DNA from: Candidatus Bathyarchaeota archaeon
Lineage (GTDB): Archaea; Thermoproteota; Bathyarchaeia; TCS64
Length of the DNA: 64,000 nt
Assembly (NCBI GenBank): GCA_963771885.1
Contig: CAVYVF010000023.1
Coordinates: 672,001 to 736,000, forward strand
Reading direction: 5' to 3'
The notes beneath the pieces were generated by a model that ran no database searches, had not been told where the DNA came from, and saw only the letters and a program-made list of their open reading frames with translations. The position numbers were made by a program, and so were the translations under genes. This document shows, piece after piece, positions 20,520 to 30,824 of this stretch; position 1 is the stretch's first letter; each line of letters opens with the position of its first letter.

Positions 20520-20934
20520 GGCGTAGGGTTTTCCACCCGCGACGATTTCTACCGGGCAAGGTTAATAAAAATGATGGTCACTTAGTCGTGACCTTATTCG
20601 CCGCCGTTTTCCATCGGAGCGTATTTCGGGTTTTTTTTCGTGATCAGGGTAACGGATCGGATTATTCAATGTATTTTTTTTTCGTTAATAATCTATTATT
20701 ACCTAATTTTTTCTATTTTTTTAATTTTAGTTTATTCGTATTTTTACGTATTATTTTCTCTTTTTCATATTTTTTTTCTCGCTTACCTTAAGGTTAGCTT
20801 TGATTGATTTCGACTTGTCCTTGCTGAGTGCTCACGGTTCCCACCGCCGCTTGAGCGGCACCTCTCCCCTAGAGAAAGGTATAAATGAGCGCCGAGCAGT
20901 TGCATGGTGCTGAAAATAGGAGAGATTCGATAGA

Positions 20935-21564
20935 TTGTCTAAGGCCGTCAAGGACAAATGGCGTAGGAAGGAGTGGTACGACATCATCCTCCCACGCTAC
21001 TTCGGCGAGACCAAGGTTGGTGAGACACCCGCCGAGGAGGATAAACTCCTCAACGGCCGCGTCTTCGAGACTACGCTCGCCCAGATCACGGGAGACTTCA
21101 GCCAGGAGTACATCAAGATGTACTTCCAGATCACCGGCGCTGAGGACCACAAGGCTACCACCGTATTCAAGGGACACGAGTACTTACGCGACTACCTCCG
21201 CAGCCTCGTCCGCCGCAGGAGCACGAAGGTCGACGGGATATACAGGATCACGACGACTGACGGCTACAAGGTTAAGGTCATAGTCACCGCCCTTACACAG
21301 ATCAGGATCAAGTCGAGCCAGGAGCACGAGATACGCGCCCTCATGACAGGCATAATCGAGGAGAAGGCGAAGACCCTCACCTTCGACCAGCTCGCGCACG
21401 AGATGGTGCTAGGTAAGCTCGCCAGCGATATCTACAGCCAGGTGAAGAACGTGACGGCGCTCCGCCACGTAGGCGTCAGGAAGAGTGAACTCCTCTCTGA
21501 GCCAGTCGGTGGCCCAGTCACGGCGACCGTAGAGGTCGTCGCGGAACCAACCGAGACGGCTTAA
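20935..21564 (+). CDS. rps3ae: 30S ribosomal protein S3Ae (eS1)
   Basis: KDKWRRKEWY, GRVFETTL, RDYLRSLVRRRSTKVD. Confidence 0.96.
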   Translation: MSKAVKDKWRRKEWYDIILPRYFGETKVGETPAEEDKLLNGRVFETTLAQITGDFSQEYIKMYFQITGAEDHKATTVFKGHEYLRDYLRSLVRRRSTKVDGIYRITTTDGYKVKVIVTALTQIRIKSSQEHEIRALMTGIIEEKAKTLTFDQLAHEMVLGKLASDIYSQVKNVTALRHVGVRKSELLSEPVGGPVTATVEVVAEPTETA

Positions 21565-21745
21565 ACTCATAATTGGGGCACATAGTCCCCCTATCATTTC
21601 TAGTAACTTACAAGGGGCTGAGTGCCTTTATTTCGTCATTTTTTGGGCTTCGTTCGCCGAAATAGCCTCTAGAACCCGCTGAATCGGTATCAAAAATGAA
21701 TATAAAGTGATAAAAAAGCACTGAAATGTACGTAAAAGAGAGGTT

Positions 21746-24661
21746 TTAGGCGACGTAGATCGCTGGGCGGTAGGGCTTGGCGCGGCTCGCCCTCTTCGCG
21801 GGGTCATCGATCCAGGGGTCGCTCTCGCCAGAGACTGTGACGTCGCAGCCGAACTCGGCGCGCAGGAACCTCTCGGCGTCCTGTAATAGGGTGGTCTCAT
21901 TTACATGTCCCATTCCACGGCGGATATTCAAGGTCTCCTCCGGGAGCTTCTTGACCTCGTCGAGGAGCGTCCTAGCGTAGGTGGGGACCTCCTTCTGTTT
22001 GGTCTTCATCTCCTCGTCCTTGAAGGCCTCGCGGATCATGGTGCCTATGTCTACGGCGCCCTTCGTCTGCGCCTCCATCGCTTTCTCGAGCATCTTCCAC
22101 TTCCAGTTGTCCGCGGTGTAGAAGTGGATTATCGTGGGCTTGATACCGGTGACTTTGGTGATGTTGGCGACGTCCTCGGCGCAGGTCTTAATGATGGTCT
22201 CTAGCTGCTCGGCGTCCTCCCTAATGAGTGCGCTGTCGACCTCGGGCCAGGGGGCGAAGGCGACGAAACCCTCGTTGCCCATCTGCTCCCATAACTCCTC
22301 GCAGAGGTGGGGCGTGAATGGTGCCAGCATCCTGACCTGGGCGTCCAGCACCGTCCACTCGACGTGGCTTATCGCCCTGCGCCGCTCCTCGTGGTCCCTG
22401 TCGAAGGCGACGCGTTTGAGGTACCAGTTCATGTCACCCTCTATGTCATATGTGGCGGCATGGATGGTCTTCCTGACCTTCAGCTCGGTCATCGCCTCGT
22501 TCGCGTCCGCGATGTGGCTCTGCAGCCTGCTCAGCATCCAGAGGTCTATCTCATGCAGCTCGTATGCGCCTTCCTGCTTCTCGCCTATTATCCTCTGGGC
22601 GCGGGAGTTGAGCCCCTCCAGTAGCCCGCTCATGCTCTTTGCTAAGTCAGGGCTGAAGTCGGCGTCCTTCAGCGGCTCGGCGGTGATCATTAGGCTGAGT
22701 CTCAATGGGTCGGCGCCGAAGCGGTCGATGGCGTTTACGAGGGGGATGATGTTGTTCATGCTCTTACTCATTTTCGCCCCCTCCATGAGTACGGAGCCGT
22801 TGACGAAGATGCCCTGTGGCCAGTTCTCCCTCCCCCAGATGGCGTCGTGGATGAAGATCATGAAGGTGAGGTGGTTGGGGATCAGGTCCCTGCCGCTGTG
22901 ACGGGCGTCTAGTGGGTAGAAGTAGCTGAACTCGTTGTGCAGTTCCTCTATCTTCTCCATTGGGATGCCTGTGGATGCCTCGACCTTGACTGGGGTGCCG
23001 ATTCCCAGGAAGACGTAGTCCCAGAAGGCTTCGCTCAGCTGCTCGGGCTTTGGCTTGATCTGATTTAGTCCCTTGATGATCGTGTAGTATGCCATGTAGA
23101 TGGTGGAGTCGCTCAGGGATTCGATGATCCAGTCAGGTGCCCATGGTAGGCGGGTTCCCATTCCGGCCTTGCGTGCGCATGCCTTCGCCTTGAGCCAGTC
23201 GACGACGTTGATGAACTCCTGCTTGAGCTCGCGGGGAACTATCTCCGCTTCATCGATGTTCTCCTTGGCGAGCTTCTTCCAGGCCTCGTCTCCGTAGTTG
23301 ATGAACCACTGGTTTTCGAATATCTTGACGACGACCTCGGTTCCGCATCTGCACTTGACTGGCTCGATCATCTCGTACATGGTGGCAGCGTTGTTGTTAG
23401 CGACCAGATCGTTCTTGACTGCCTCCTTCGCCGCCTGCACCGACAATCCGACGTATTGTTTTCCCATGCCTCTCATTTTGCCGGCGTGGAACTCGGCGCT
23501 GTAGATTTCCTTGGTGGCTTTTTCGAGGTCGGGGCTGTTCTGGTCGGTGATGTGCATCTTCTTTGCGATGTCGACGGCTGGTGACTCGCCGTAGCCGGGG
23601 AGCTCGATGACGCTGATGGGCTCGAGGCCGGCGACGTCGCCGTGCTTGATTGTGTAGGCGTCTGGGTTTGCCTTTACTTCGCGTTTTAGCTGTTCTAGTG
23701 CTACGTAGTCGAATGGGGCGTGTGCGGGGACGCTCATGACGACGCCTGTGGCGTTCTTCGGGTCGACGAAGGGGGCGGGGAGGATCATGATCTCCTTGCC
23801 AGTTCCGGGGTTGGTGAGTGTTTGCCCTATTAGCCGGGCACCCTGAAACTCGGTGACGACTTGTACCTTGTGCCCCAGCATCTCAAGCTTCTTCGCTGCC
23901 TCGGCGCTGACGATCCACGTCTCACCGTCGACGTCGGCCTCGACGTATAGGGCGTCGGGGTTTAGCCACATATTGGTGACGCCGTAGACGGTCTCGGGGC
24001 GGAGGGTGGCGGCTGGGAAGACGGTGTCGCCATTCCTGAACTTGATGAGTGTAAACTCCTCTATCTCGGGCTCCTTGTCACCGATGGTGTCGTGTTGGCC
24101 GACGGGGTTGCCGCAGTGTGGGCACCAGCCGACTGGGTGGCTTCCCTGTGTGATGTAGCCCTTCTGGCGGAGCTTGGCGAACTGCCACTCGATGAACTTG
24201 CTATAGTATGGGTCGACTGTGGTGAATGTTCTGCGCCAGTCGATGCTGTAGCCGATCTTCTTCATGCCTGTCTGGATCTCGTTTGCGAAGTAGTCGGCCA
24301 TGGCGGTGGGGGTTTCGAGCTGCTTGAGTTTGCGCTTGGGGATATTGTATAGCTTGGTGAATGTCTCGATTAGGGCTGGGTCCTGCTCTTTGAGGCGCTC
24401 GACCATGGCGAATAGGGGTGTGCCTGTGTAGTGCCAGGCCATTGGGTATAGGACATTGTATCCCCTCATGCGCATGTGGCGGGCGTGTACGTCAGTTAGG
24501 GTGTAGGTGCGTCCGTGCCCTATGTGTTGAGGGCTGTTGGGGTATGGGTAGGCGACGGTGAGGTAGTACTTTGGCTTGTCTGGGTCTGGGTCCGTCTCGA
24601 ATGCTGAGGCTTCCGCCCAGCGTGTCTGCCACTTGTTCTCGATTTGTTTCCAGTCGACCAT
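21746..24661 (-). CDS. leuS: Leucine--tRNA ligase (archaeal type)
   Basis: YPYPN..HIGH, TLRPET, GRDLIPNHL, KMSKS, C-terminal AKPYRPAIY. Confidence 0.97.
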   Translation of the reverse strand: MVDWKQIENKWQTRWAEASAFETDPDPDKPKYYLTVAYPYPNSPQHIGHGRTYTLTDVHARHMRMRGYNVLYPMAWHYTGTPLFAMVERLKEQDPALIETFTKLYNIPKRKLKQLETPTAMADYFANEIQTGMKKIGYSIDWRRTFTTVDPYYSKFIEWQFAKLRQKGYITQGSHPVGWCPHCGNPVGQHDTIGDKEPEIEEFTLIKFRNGDTVFPAATLRPETVYGVTNMWLNPDALYVEADVDGETWIVSAEAAKKLEMLGHKVQVVTEFQGARLIGQTLTNPGTGKEIMILPAPFVDPKNATGVVMSVPAHAPFDYVALEQLKREVKANPDAYTIKHGDVAGLEPISVIELPGYGESPAVDIAKKMHITDQNSPDLEKATKEIYSAEFHAGKMRGMGKQYVGLSVQAAKEAVKNDLVANNNAATMYEMIEPVKCRCGTEVVVKIFENQWFINYGDEAWKKLAKENIDEAEIVPRELKQEFINVVDWLKAKACARKAGMGTRLPWAPDWIIESLSDSTIYMAYYTIIKGLNQIKPKPEQLSEAFWDYVFLGIGTPVKVEASTGIPMEKIEELHNEFSYFYPLDARHSGRDLIPNHLTFMIFIHDAIWGRENWPQGIFVNGSVLMEGAKMSKSMNNIIPLVNAIDRFGADPLRLSLMITAEPLKDADFSPDLAKSMSGLLEGLNSRAQRIIGEKQEGAYELHEIDLWMLSRLQSHIADANEAMTELKVRKTIHAATYDIEGDMNWYLKRVAFDRDHEERRRAISHVEWTVLDAQVRMLAPFTPHLCEELWEQMGNEGFVAFAPWPEVDSALIREDAEQLETIIKTCAEDVANITKVTGIKPTIIHFYTADNWKWKMLEKAMEAQTKGAVDIGTMIREAFKDEEMKTKQKEVPTYARTLLDEVKKLPEETLNIRRGMGHVNETTLLQDAERFLRAEFGCDVTVSGESDPWIDDPAKRASRAKPYRPAIYVA

Positions 24662-25066
24662 TCGGTGTAGCCTCTGTCCTTATGTTCTCCTTGGCGGCTT
24701 TGTGGTTAAAGGTTATGAGCAAAAAAACTTGCGGAAAGTGTTAAACTATTTTTCTCCGTTGATCGCCAACGTCCTCATCATCTACTTCGGGCATCCTGTT
24801 CACGAATATCGCGTCGCGGTCGCCGAGACCACGTTTAAGTTCGTGGCCAGAACTTGCACGAGGCGAAGGAGATCCCGGAGAAGTCGATCACTATCCTTTC
24901 ACTGCACTTTTTGGGCACTTTTTCCAGTGTTGTCCTCGCTGTACTTCTATGACGGAGGGTATACGTTTGGAAAACCTCGTACAGCTTGATCTCTATAACC
25001 CTCGCTATACTATCCCCGTGTTTCGTATTTTAGAACGCTTCAAGATGAAGCATTAAAACGATTCTG

Positions 25067-26962
25067 TTACTCGACAACGGCTCTAATCCTTCGGATTCCG
25101 GCGGCGACCGCCTCTTCCTTTGTTATCTCAATCCTGCCGATCTTGCCTGTGCGGTCGATGTGTGGGCCTCCGCAGAACTCCTTGCTAATAGCTTCCTTGA
25201 TGTTTAAGCCCACATAGTAAACCTTGACGACGTCACCATACTTAGCCTTGAAGAAGGATAAGGCGCCGCTCTTCTCCGCCTCAATCCGAGGCATCTCCTC
25301 GCACTCCACTTTTAGGTCCTGCCTAACGATGTCATTGGCGATCTCTTCGACCCTCCTGATCTCCTCGTCGGTGAGCTTGCGGGGATAGGAGAAGTCGAAG
25401 CGGAGCCTCTCGGTGGTTATATCCGAGCCGGACTGCTTGACCTCGTCTCCGAGGACCTGGCGCAGAGCCGCGTGAAGGATATGAGTCGCTGTGTGCAGGC
25501 GTATCACCCTGTCCATCTCGGCCTGATCCTTTGCTTTCAGCTCCCCCGTGTCGAGAATGAGCCCGTGACCCCCGAACTTCTTCTCAGCTCCGGCGCGACT
25601 CGCTTGCCTGTGAGCCTCCAGCTTCTGCTCGAATGCCTCCCGTGTGAGGGACGCTGTCTTGGCGCCACCGAACTCCTTTATCACCTCGTAGGGAAGCCCG
25701 AAGCTCTCGTAGAGGGTGAAGGCGGTGTCCGTGTCGATGGCCTCGAGGCGCTCGAGGCGGCGCATGCCGTTCACGAAGGTCTTGTTGAACTTGTCTGACT
25801 CAGCGCGGAAGACCGTCAGTATACGTTCCCTGTTCAGTACGTAGGTACCGTCGTACTCGTCGCAGACGACGCCGAAGAGCTTCTCGAGCGTGTCACAGTA
25901 CACGGTGCCGAGGTCGCATGTCGGGTCGACACCCCTCGCCAGCATCCCGGCGTGGACGATGGACCTTCTCAGAACTTTTCGGAGCATGTAGCCCCTGTCT
26001 TTGTTCGAGGGCTCGACGCCGTCGGTGATGAGGAACGCCGCGGCGCGGAGATGATCTGCAATTATCCTCTTCGAGCGCATATCTGAGCCGGGTAGCCCGT
26101 CGATGAGCGCCTTCAGTGTATCGATCTGGAACATATCAGCGTTCCCCGTGACCGCCGCGCTTATCCTCTCAAGCCCACCGCCGAAGTCGACGTTCCTCTG
26201 AGGTAGCTTCTCGAAGCGCCCATCCTCAGTCTTTGTGTACTCCATGAAGACGGAGTTGCCTATCTCCATGAAGCGCCCGCAATCGCAGTTCGGGTGGCAG
26301 TGTGGCCCATACTTGGGGTCGTGGGGGGTACCGAAGTCGTAGAATATCTCCGAGTCGGGGCCACCCGGCTCCCTCGCCGGCATCTTCTCCGGGGGACCCG
26401 CCCTGCTCCACCAGTTCTTCTTCGAGCTGTAGGCGAATATCCTGCCGCCCTGCATACCGACCTCGTTTCCCCTATTCGGGTCGCCGATGAGGACCGCCTT
26501 CGAGTCGACGCCAGCCTTCGAAAAGATGGATTTCCATATTTGGACGGACTCTTCGTCCTTCGGAATGCCGTACTTCTCCTCCCCCGCGAAGACCGAGACG
26601 TAGAGCCGTGACGGGTTAACCCCCAGCTCCTTCACGAGGAACTCGAAGACCCAGGGCAGCTGCTCCGCCTTGAAGTAGTCGCCCAGCGACCAGTTCCCCA
26701 GCATCTCGAAGAAGGTCGTATGTCTGTTGTCCCCCACCTCGTCGATATCCTCCGACCTGAAGCACTTCTGCGAGTCCACGATACGCGTCCCACTTGGATG
26801 TGGCTCCCCGAGCAGGTACTTGATGAGAGGCTGCATACCAGAGCCGGTGAAGAGTGTCGTTACATCCCCCTCGGGCAGGAGGGAGGCTGACGGGACCACC
26901 GCGTGCCCTCGCTGTCTGTAGTATTCGAGGAACTTGCTGCGAATCTCGTCGGAGGTGAGCAT
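25067..26962 (-). CDS. alaS: Alanine--tRNA ligase, short bacterial-type form (~631 aa)
   Basis: LFTGSGMQP, HTTFFEMLGNWS.GDYFK, DFGGGLER, IADHLR; HTATH...CGGPH editing site; ends at GIRRIRA. Confidence 0.95.
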   Translation of the reverse strand: MLTSDEIRSKFLEYYRQRGHAVVPSASLLPEGDVTTLFTGSGMQPLIKYLLGEPHPSGTRIVDSQKCFRSEDIDEVGDNRHTTFFEMLGNWSLGDYFKAEQLPWVFEFLVKELGVNPSRLYVSVFAGEEKYGIPKDEESVQIWKSIFSKAGVDSKAVLIGDPNRGNEVGMQGGRIFAYSSKKNWWSRAGPPEKMPAREPGGPDSEIFYDFGTPHDPKYGPHCHPNCDCGRFMEIGNSVFMEYTKTEDGRFEKLPQRNVDFGGGLERISAAVTGNADMFQIDTLKALIDGLPGSDMRSKRIIADHLRAAAFLITDGVEPSNKDRGYMLRKVLRRSIVHAGMLARGVDPTCDLGTVYCDTLEKLFGVVCDEYDGTYVLNRERILTVFRAESDKFNKTFVNGMRRLERLEAIDTDTAFTLYESFGLPYEVIKEFGGAKTASLTREAFEQKLEAHRQASRAGAEKKFGGHGLILDTGELKAKDQAEMDRVIRLHTATHILHAALRQVLGDEVKQSGSDITTERLRFDFSYPRKLTDEEIRRVEEIANDIVRQDLKVECEEMPRIEAEKSGALSFFKAKYGDVVKVYYVGLNIKEAISKEFCGGPHIDRTGKIGRIEITKEEAVAAGIRRIRAVVE

Positions 26963-27097
26963 TACATGTGAATGGACTGGGCTCACCTCAAAAACCTTTT
27001 TTGAAATTAACAACGGTCACCGCCAGATGCGGCTAGGCTGGCTGCGCGTAGAATAACGAAACTAGAAACTGAATATGGAATGAATAAGGTTGTGAGG

Positions 27098-27400
27098 TTA
27101 ACCGAAGAGGGCGCCCAGACCTTGGAGGTCCTCTTCCTTCTTTTCCTCAACCTTCGGCTTAGCGGCTGCCTTCTTCTCTTCCTTCGCTTCAGCTGGCGCG
27201 GCGGCTGGGGCTGCGGCGGCGGCGAAGACCGGCGCCTTCAACGCCTCGTCGATGTTGACCTCCGCGAGGGCTGCGACGAGTGCCTTGACGCGTACACCGT
27301 CGGCGGCTACACCGGCGGCTGCGAGTATGGCGGTGACCGCCTCCTCTGTGATGGGCTTCTTAGCGCTGTGGAGAAGCATAGCGGCGTACATGTACTCCAT
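27098..27400 (-). CDS. rpl12: 50S ribosomal stalk protein L12 (aP1)
   Basis: [11 protein letters not shown], Ala-rich hinge, GLGALFG terminus. Confidence 0.96.
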   Translation of the reverse strand: MEYMYAAMLLHSAKKPITEEAVTAILAAAGVAADGVRVKALVAALAEVNIDEALKAPVFAAAAAPAAAPAEAKEEKKAAAKPKVEEKKEEDLQGLGALFG

Positions 27401-27518
27401 TTTAATACACCTATTCCTTGAACTGCTATGAAAGGAACAATATATCCTGCATTTAATCTTTCCTATCTCCGCTGTGGCAACCGTTAAAGCGGGACAGGTG
27501 CCAGTAGAACCGATTGTA

Positions 27519-28448
27519 ATGGTCACTAGGATACCAAAGGTGCCCTTCGATAGGCTTACCCCCTCGGGCACGTCGACCCTCAGCCCCTTCAACAAGTCCA
27601 TCGCAAGGGTCAAGCCCGGCGACGAGGTCGAGATAGAGACCTGGGACGCCTTTGGCGGCTGCATAACCGAGACGCAAACCCGCCAGCAGGCGTTGGAGAA
27701 GGGCGTCAAGGTCCCCGTCAACCCCATAACCGGCCCTGTCTACGTCGAGGGCGCCGAGCCCGGCGACACACTCACAGTCGAGATACTAGGCATAGAGCTC
27801 CCCGACAGCGGCACCACAACAATCAGCCCCGGCTTCGGCAGCCTCGAGGGCTGGCTAAACCTAATGGCGCCACGTACCAAGATCAGCAAGATCAAAGCCG
27901 GTAAGGTCCTCTACAAGACCGACTCGGGAAAGGTCGTCGAGGTGCCCGCCGACCCGTTCATCGGCACCATCGGCAACTCACCCGTTTACGAGGCGATAAA
28001 CACACTCACTCCTGGCCCCCACGGCGGCAACATGGACTGCCCAGACATACGCCCCGGCAACACACTCCACCTCCCAGTCAACCAGCCCGGAGCCCTCTTC
28101 GGCCTCGGAGACGTCCACGCAGTACAAGGAGACGGCGAGGTCGGAGGCTCAGCAATAGAGGTCCCTGCCGTCGTAAAGCTCCGCTTCGGCATCAAGAAAG
28201 GTTACGCCATCGCTTGGCCCCGCGTAGAGTCAAGCGATGAGATAATGACCGTCTGCAGCGCCAAGCCCCTTGAGGACGCCGCCCGCCTCGCCTACCGCGA
28301 ACTCGTAAACTGGATGGTTAGAGACTACGGCTGGAACCGCGACGACGCCTACATGTTCCTCAGCATCGCCGCCAAGTCGAGGATAGCACAAATAGTCGAC
28401 CCACTATACACAGTCGTAGCGAAGCTACCGAAGAAGTACCTCAGGTGA
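27519..28448 (+). CDS. Acetamidase/formamidase family protein
   Basis: [36 protein letters not shown]. Confidence 0.92.
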   Translation: MVTRIPKVPFDRLTPSGTSTLSPFNKSIARVKPGDEVEIETWDAFGGCITETQTRQQALEKGVKVPVNPITGPVYVEGAEPGDTLTVEILGIELPDSGTTTISPGFGSLEGWLNLMAPRTKISKIKAGKVLYKTDSGKVVEVPADPFIGTIGNSPVYEAINTLTPGPHGGNMDCPDIRPGNTLHLPVNQPGALFGLGDVHAVQGDGEVGGSAIEVPAVVKLRFGIKKGYAIAWPRVESSDEIMTVCSAKPLEDAARLAYRELVNWMVRDYGWNRDDAYMFLSIAAKSRIAQIVDPLYTVVAKLPKKYLR

Positions 28449-28750
28449 CCACCATGGACGAGAAGTGCCCCAAGTGCGGCGGAGAGATGAAGCCCGGCGA
28501 AATTCGATTTGACAGCGACACCGTCATGCCAAGCCAGATGAACTCATACATGACGGGCATCCCCAGCAGCCCCCTCCCGAACGTCTACCAGAGCAGCACG
28601 AGCCGCCCCTACTGGGAGGAGAAGACGGGGAGAAAGACCGGTTTCATAATCAAGAGCGACGAGAAGCTCCGTCTTAAGGTGAGCGGCCTCCGCTGCGCCT
28701 TATGCGGCTACGTAGAGCTATACGCGACCGAGAAGCGCGACGAGGACTAG
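28445..28750 (+). CDS. Zinc-ribbon protein
   Basis: CPKCGGEM..G at the N-terminus and C..CGYVELYA at the C-terminus. Confidence 0.75.
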   Translation: MTTMDEKCPKCGGEMKPGEIRFDSDTVMPSQMNSYMTGIPSSPLPNVYQSSTSRPYWEEKTGRKTGFIIKSDEKLRLKVSGLRCALCGYVELYATEKRDED

Positions 28751-28989
28751 CCCCGCCCCGAGGACGCGACGCGAAGCTCCTCCCAGTCCTCCGAATTCTC
28801 GAGCCCCGATCCAACGCTCGTGATCAACTCGGGGTACATGTAGAGGTTGTCCTCCGGCCCGATCAGCGCTAGCTTCTGCCCCCAATCCTGAGCGAGGCAG
28901 CCGATGTTGATTTCCCCGACCTTCAGCTTGTCGGTCGCCCCCTCCATCAAGTCGAACATCGAATAGAACAACTCCACGAGCTTCCTCAT
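28747..28989 (-). CDS. Hypothetical protein
   Basis: 80-aa ORF with host-like codon usage, convergent with the zinc-ribbon gene. Confidence 0.45.
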   Translation of the reverse strand: MRKLVELFYSMFDLMEGATDKLKVGEINIGCLAQDWGQKLALIGPEDNLYMYPELITSVGSGLENSEDWEELRVASSGRG

Positions 28990-29224
28990 GATAGACTTGT
29001 GCAGCCTCTACCCCTAGGGGAAGGTTTTGACCTTCTTCGACATGAGCCCCAACTCTACGAGGAGCAGGTGGACTCATCCACCGACCCCCACGATGCAACG
29101 CGTCGCCTCGGCTAAACCTTTAAATTTGGAGGGCGTGGTTAACAGTTGCTAAAAAGCGGGAAAGGCACACACATATATGCCCGACCCGCACCGATAGAGT
29201 AGCATCTGGGAAAAGGGAAAAGCG

Positions 29225-29684
29225 ATGACCACCGCCTACGACGTGCCGGCAGACGTGCTCATAGGAAAACTGAGCGCCTACATCAAGGAGAATATTAAAG
29301 AAATCACCCCGCCGGAGTGGGTAGCCCACGTGAAGACGGGGGCACACGTCGAGAGGGTGCCGCAGGTGCCCGACTTCTGGTACGTCAGGACCGCAAGCCT
29401 CCTCCGAAAACTCTACATGAATGGCGAAGCCATAGGCGTGCAGAGGCTCAGGAAGGAGTACGGCGGACGCAAGAGGGTCGGCGACCACCCAGCACACCAC
29501 GCCAAAGCGGGCGGTTCGATCATACGCGCCAGCCTACAGCAGCTGGAGAAGGCGGGCCTCGTCGATAAGGTCGATAAAAGCGGCCGAGTCGTCAGCAAGA
29601 AGGGGCGCAGCCTTATCGATGCCATGAGCACCCAGATAAAGAAGGACCTGGACAGAGTGAATCCAGAATCTAAAGGCATACTAG
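29225..29684 (+). CDS. rps19e: 30S ribosomal protein S19e; +1 frameshift just before the natural stop
   Basis: PPEW..VKTG, WYVR.AS.LRK.Y, GSIIR..LQQLE; removing one base in GAA-T-CTA gives ...NPELKAY* with TAG at 29682-29684. Confidence 0.93.
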
Positions 29685-29696
29685 GCGGAGACCGCC

Positions 29697-30041
29697 ATGT
29701 CGAGGGACGAGGAGCTCGAAAGGCTCAAGGCTCAGCGGATGGCCGAACTTCAGGCACGCCAGCAGCAAGGCGCTGATCAGCAGCGCGCAGCCGCGGCGGC
29801 CGATGCGGAGGCTCAGAAGCAGGCCCTGATGCGCAGGCTTCTCACGCCCGAGGCGCGGCAGAGGCTCGCCAATATCAAGATGGTCCGGCCGGAGTTCGGG
29901 CAGCAACTCGAGCTCGAACTGGTCCAGCTCGCCCAGGCGGGCAGGGTGCCCCTCCCCATAACGGATGAGCAGCTGAAGAAGCTCCTCATCCAGATAGAGG
30001 GGCAGCAGAAGAAGAGGGACATAAGCATAAGGAGAGTATAA
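29697..30041 (+). CDS. PDCD5-like DNA-binding protein
   Basis: DEELE.L...[30 protein letters not shown]. Confidence 0.92.
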   Translation: MSRDEELERLKAQRMAELQARQQQGADQQRAAAAADAEAQKQALMRRLLTPEARQRLANIKMVRPEFGQQLELELVQLAQAGRVPLPITDEQLKKLLIQIEGQQKKRDISIRRV

Positions 30042-30043
30042 CG

Positions 30044-30202
30044 ATGGCAAGAAACAAGCCGCTCGCGTACAAGCTCCGCCTCATAAAGGCGGGCAAGTCC
30101 AACAGGTCGGTTCCCGCGTGGATAATAGCTAAGACCAACGGCACAGTACGCTGGAGCCCAAAGAGCGTGCGCGCATGGCGCACCAGGAAACTCAAGGACT
30201 GA
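30044..30202 (+). CDS. rpl39e: 50S ribosomal protein L39e (absent from ORF track)
   Basis: Manual translation [52 protein letters not shown]. Confidence 0.94.
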   Translation: MARNKPLAYKLRLIKAGKSNRSVPAWIIAKTNGTVRWSPKSVRAWRTRKLKD

Positions 30203-30208
30203 TGAACG

Positions 30209-30616
30209 ATGTCTGAGACTGAGCGCATATACACGGTCCCTCTCAAGGAGGCCTGGAATGCCCAGCGCTACAGGCGAAGCGAGAAGGCCATGATGGTCCT
30301 CAAGGCGTTCGCCGTCCGCCACATGAAGGCGGGCACCGTAAAGGTCGACGCAGCCGTAAACGCCGCCGTCTGGGCCAGGGGCATAAAGAGTCCACCTCAC
30401 AAGATCAGGGTCAAGATGACGAAGGACGATGAAGGCCTCGTCACTATCACCATGGCCGACATCGACCCTAAGGCCGAGGCCAGAAAAGCCCGCGCCGAGG
30501 CGAAGGCCGCGAAGAAGGAGAAGAAGCCGAAGGAGGCACCAGCGGCGGAGGCAAAGCCAACGGTGGCGGAGCCCAAGGCCGAGGAGCCTGCGGTTGAGGA
30601 GGAGAAGAAGGAATGA
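30209..30616 (+). CDS. rpl31e: 50S ribosomal protein L31e with Lys/Ala/Glu-rich tail
   Basis: ERIYTVPL, RHMK, N..VWARGIKSPPHKIRV. Confidence 0.94.
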   Translation: MSETERIYTVPLKEAWNAQRYRRSEKAMMVLKAFAVRHMKAGTVKVDAAVNAAVWARGIKSPPHKIRVKMTKDDEGLVTITMADIDPKAEARKARAEAKAAKKEKKPKEAPAAEAKPTVAEPKAEEPAVEEEKKE

Positions 30617-30819
30617 GTATCAAGGTCTTCCGCGTAACCGGCGAGATAAACAAGCAGAAGTTCTTCATCCCCATGAGCTTCAACCAGGAGATCAGGGCGG
30701 ATAAGATGGAGCACGCCGTCGAGCGCGTCTACACCGAGATGGGGAGCCGCCACCGCGCCAAGCGGAACCAGATAACCATCTTCAGCGTCGAGGAAGTCCA
30801 GCCGGAGCAGGCGGGTTAA
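30613..30819 (+). CDS. rplX: 50S ribosomal protein LX (eL20/L18a)
   Basis: KVFRVTG, A.ERVY.EMGSRH..KR..I.I. Confidence 0.93.
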   Translation: MSIKVFRVTGEINKQKFFIPMSFNQEIRADKMEHAVERVYTEMGSRHRAKRNQITIFSVEEVQPEQAG

Positions 30820-30824
30820 CCGCC

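Noticed and set aside
20426..20791. 121-aa Phe-rich ORF
   Set aside because: By-product of the poly-T tract; it overlaps pcc1 out of frame
24662..25066. Gene or ncRNA between alaS and leuS (ORF 24576-24989)
   Set aside because: No recognisable family or structure; the ORF overlaps the leuS start
29011..29020. CCCCTAGGGG palindrome
   Set aside because: A single short palindrome, compatible with chance
29685..29776. C-terminal extension of S19e in the ORF track
   Set aside because: Explained by a +1 frameshift; it overlaps the PDCD5-like gene
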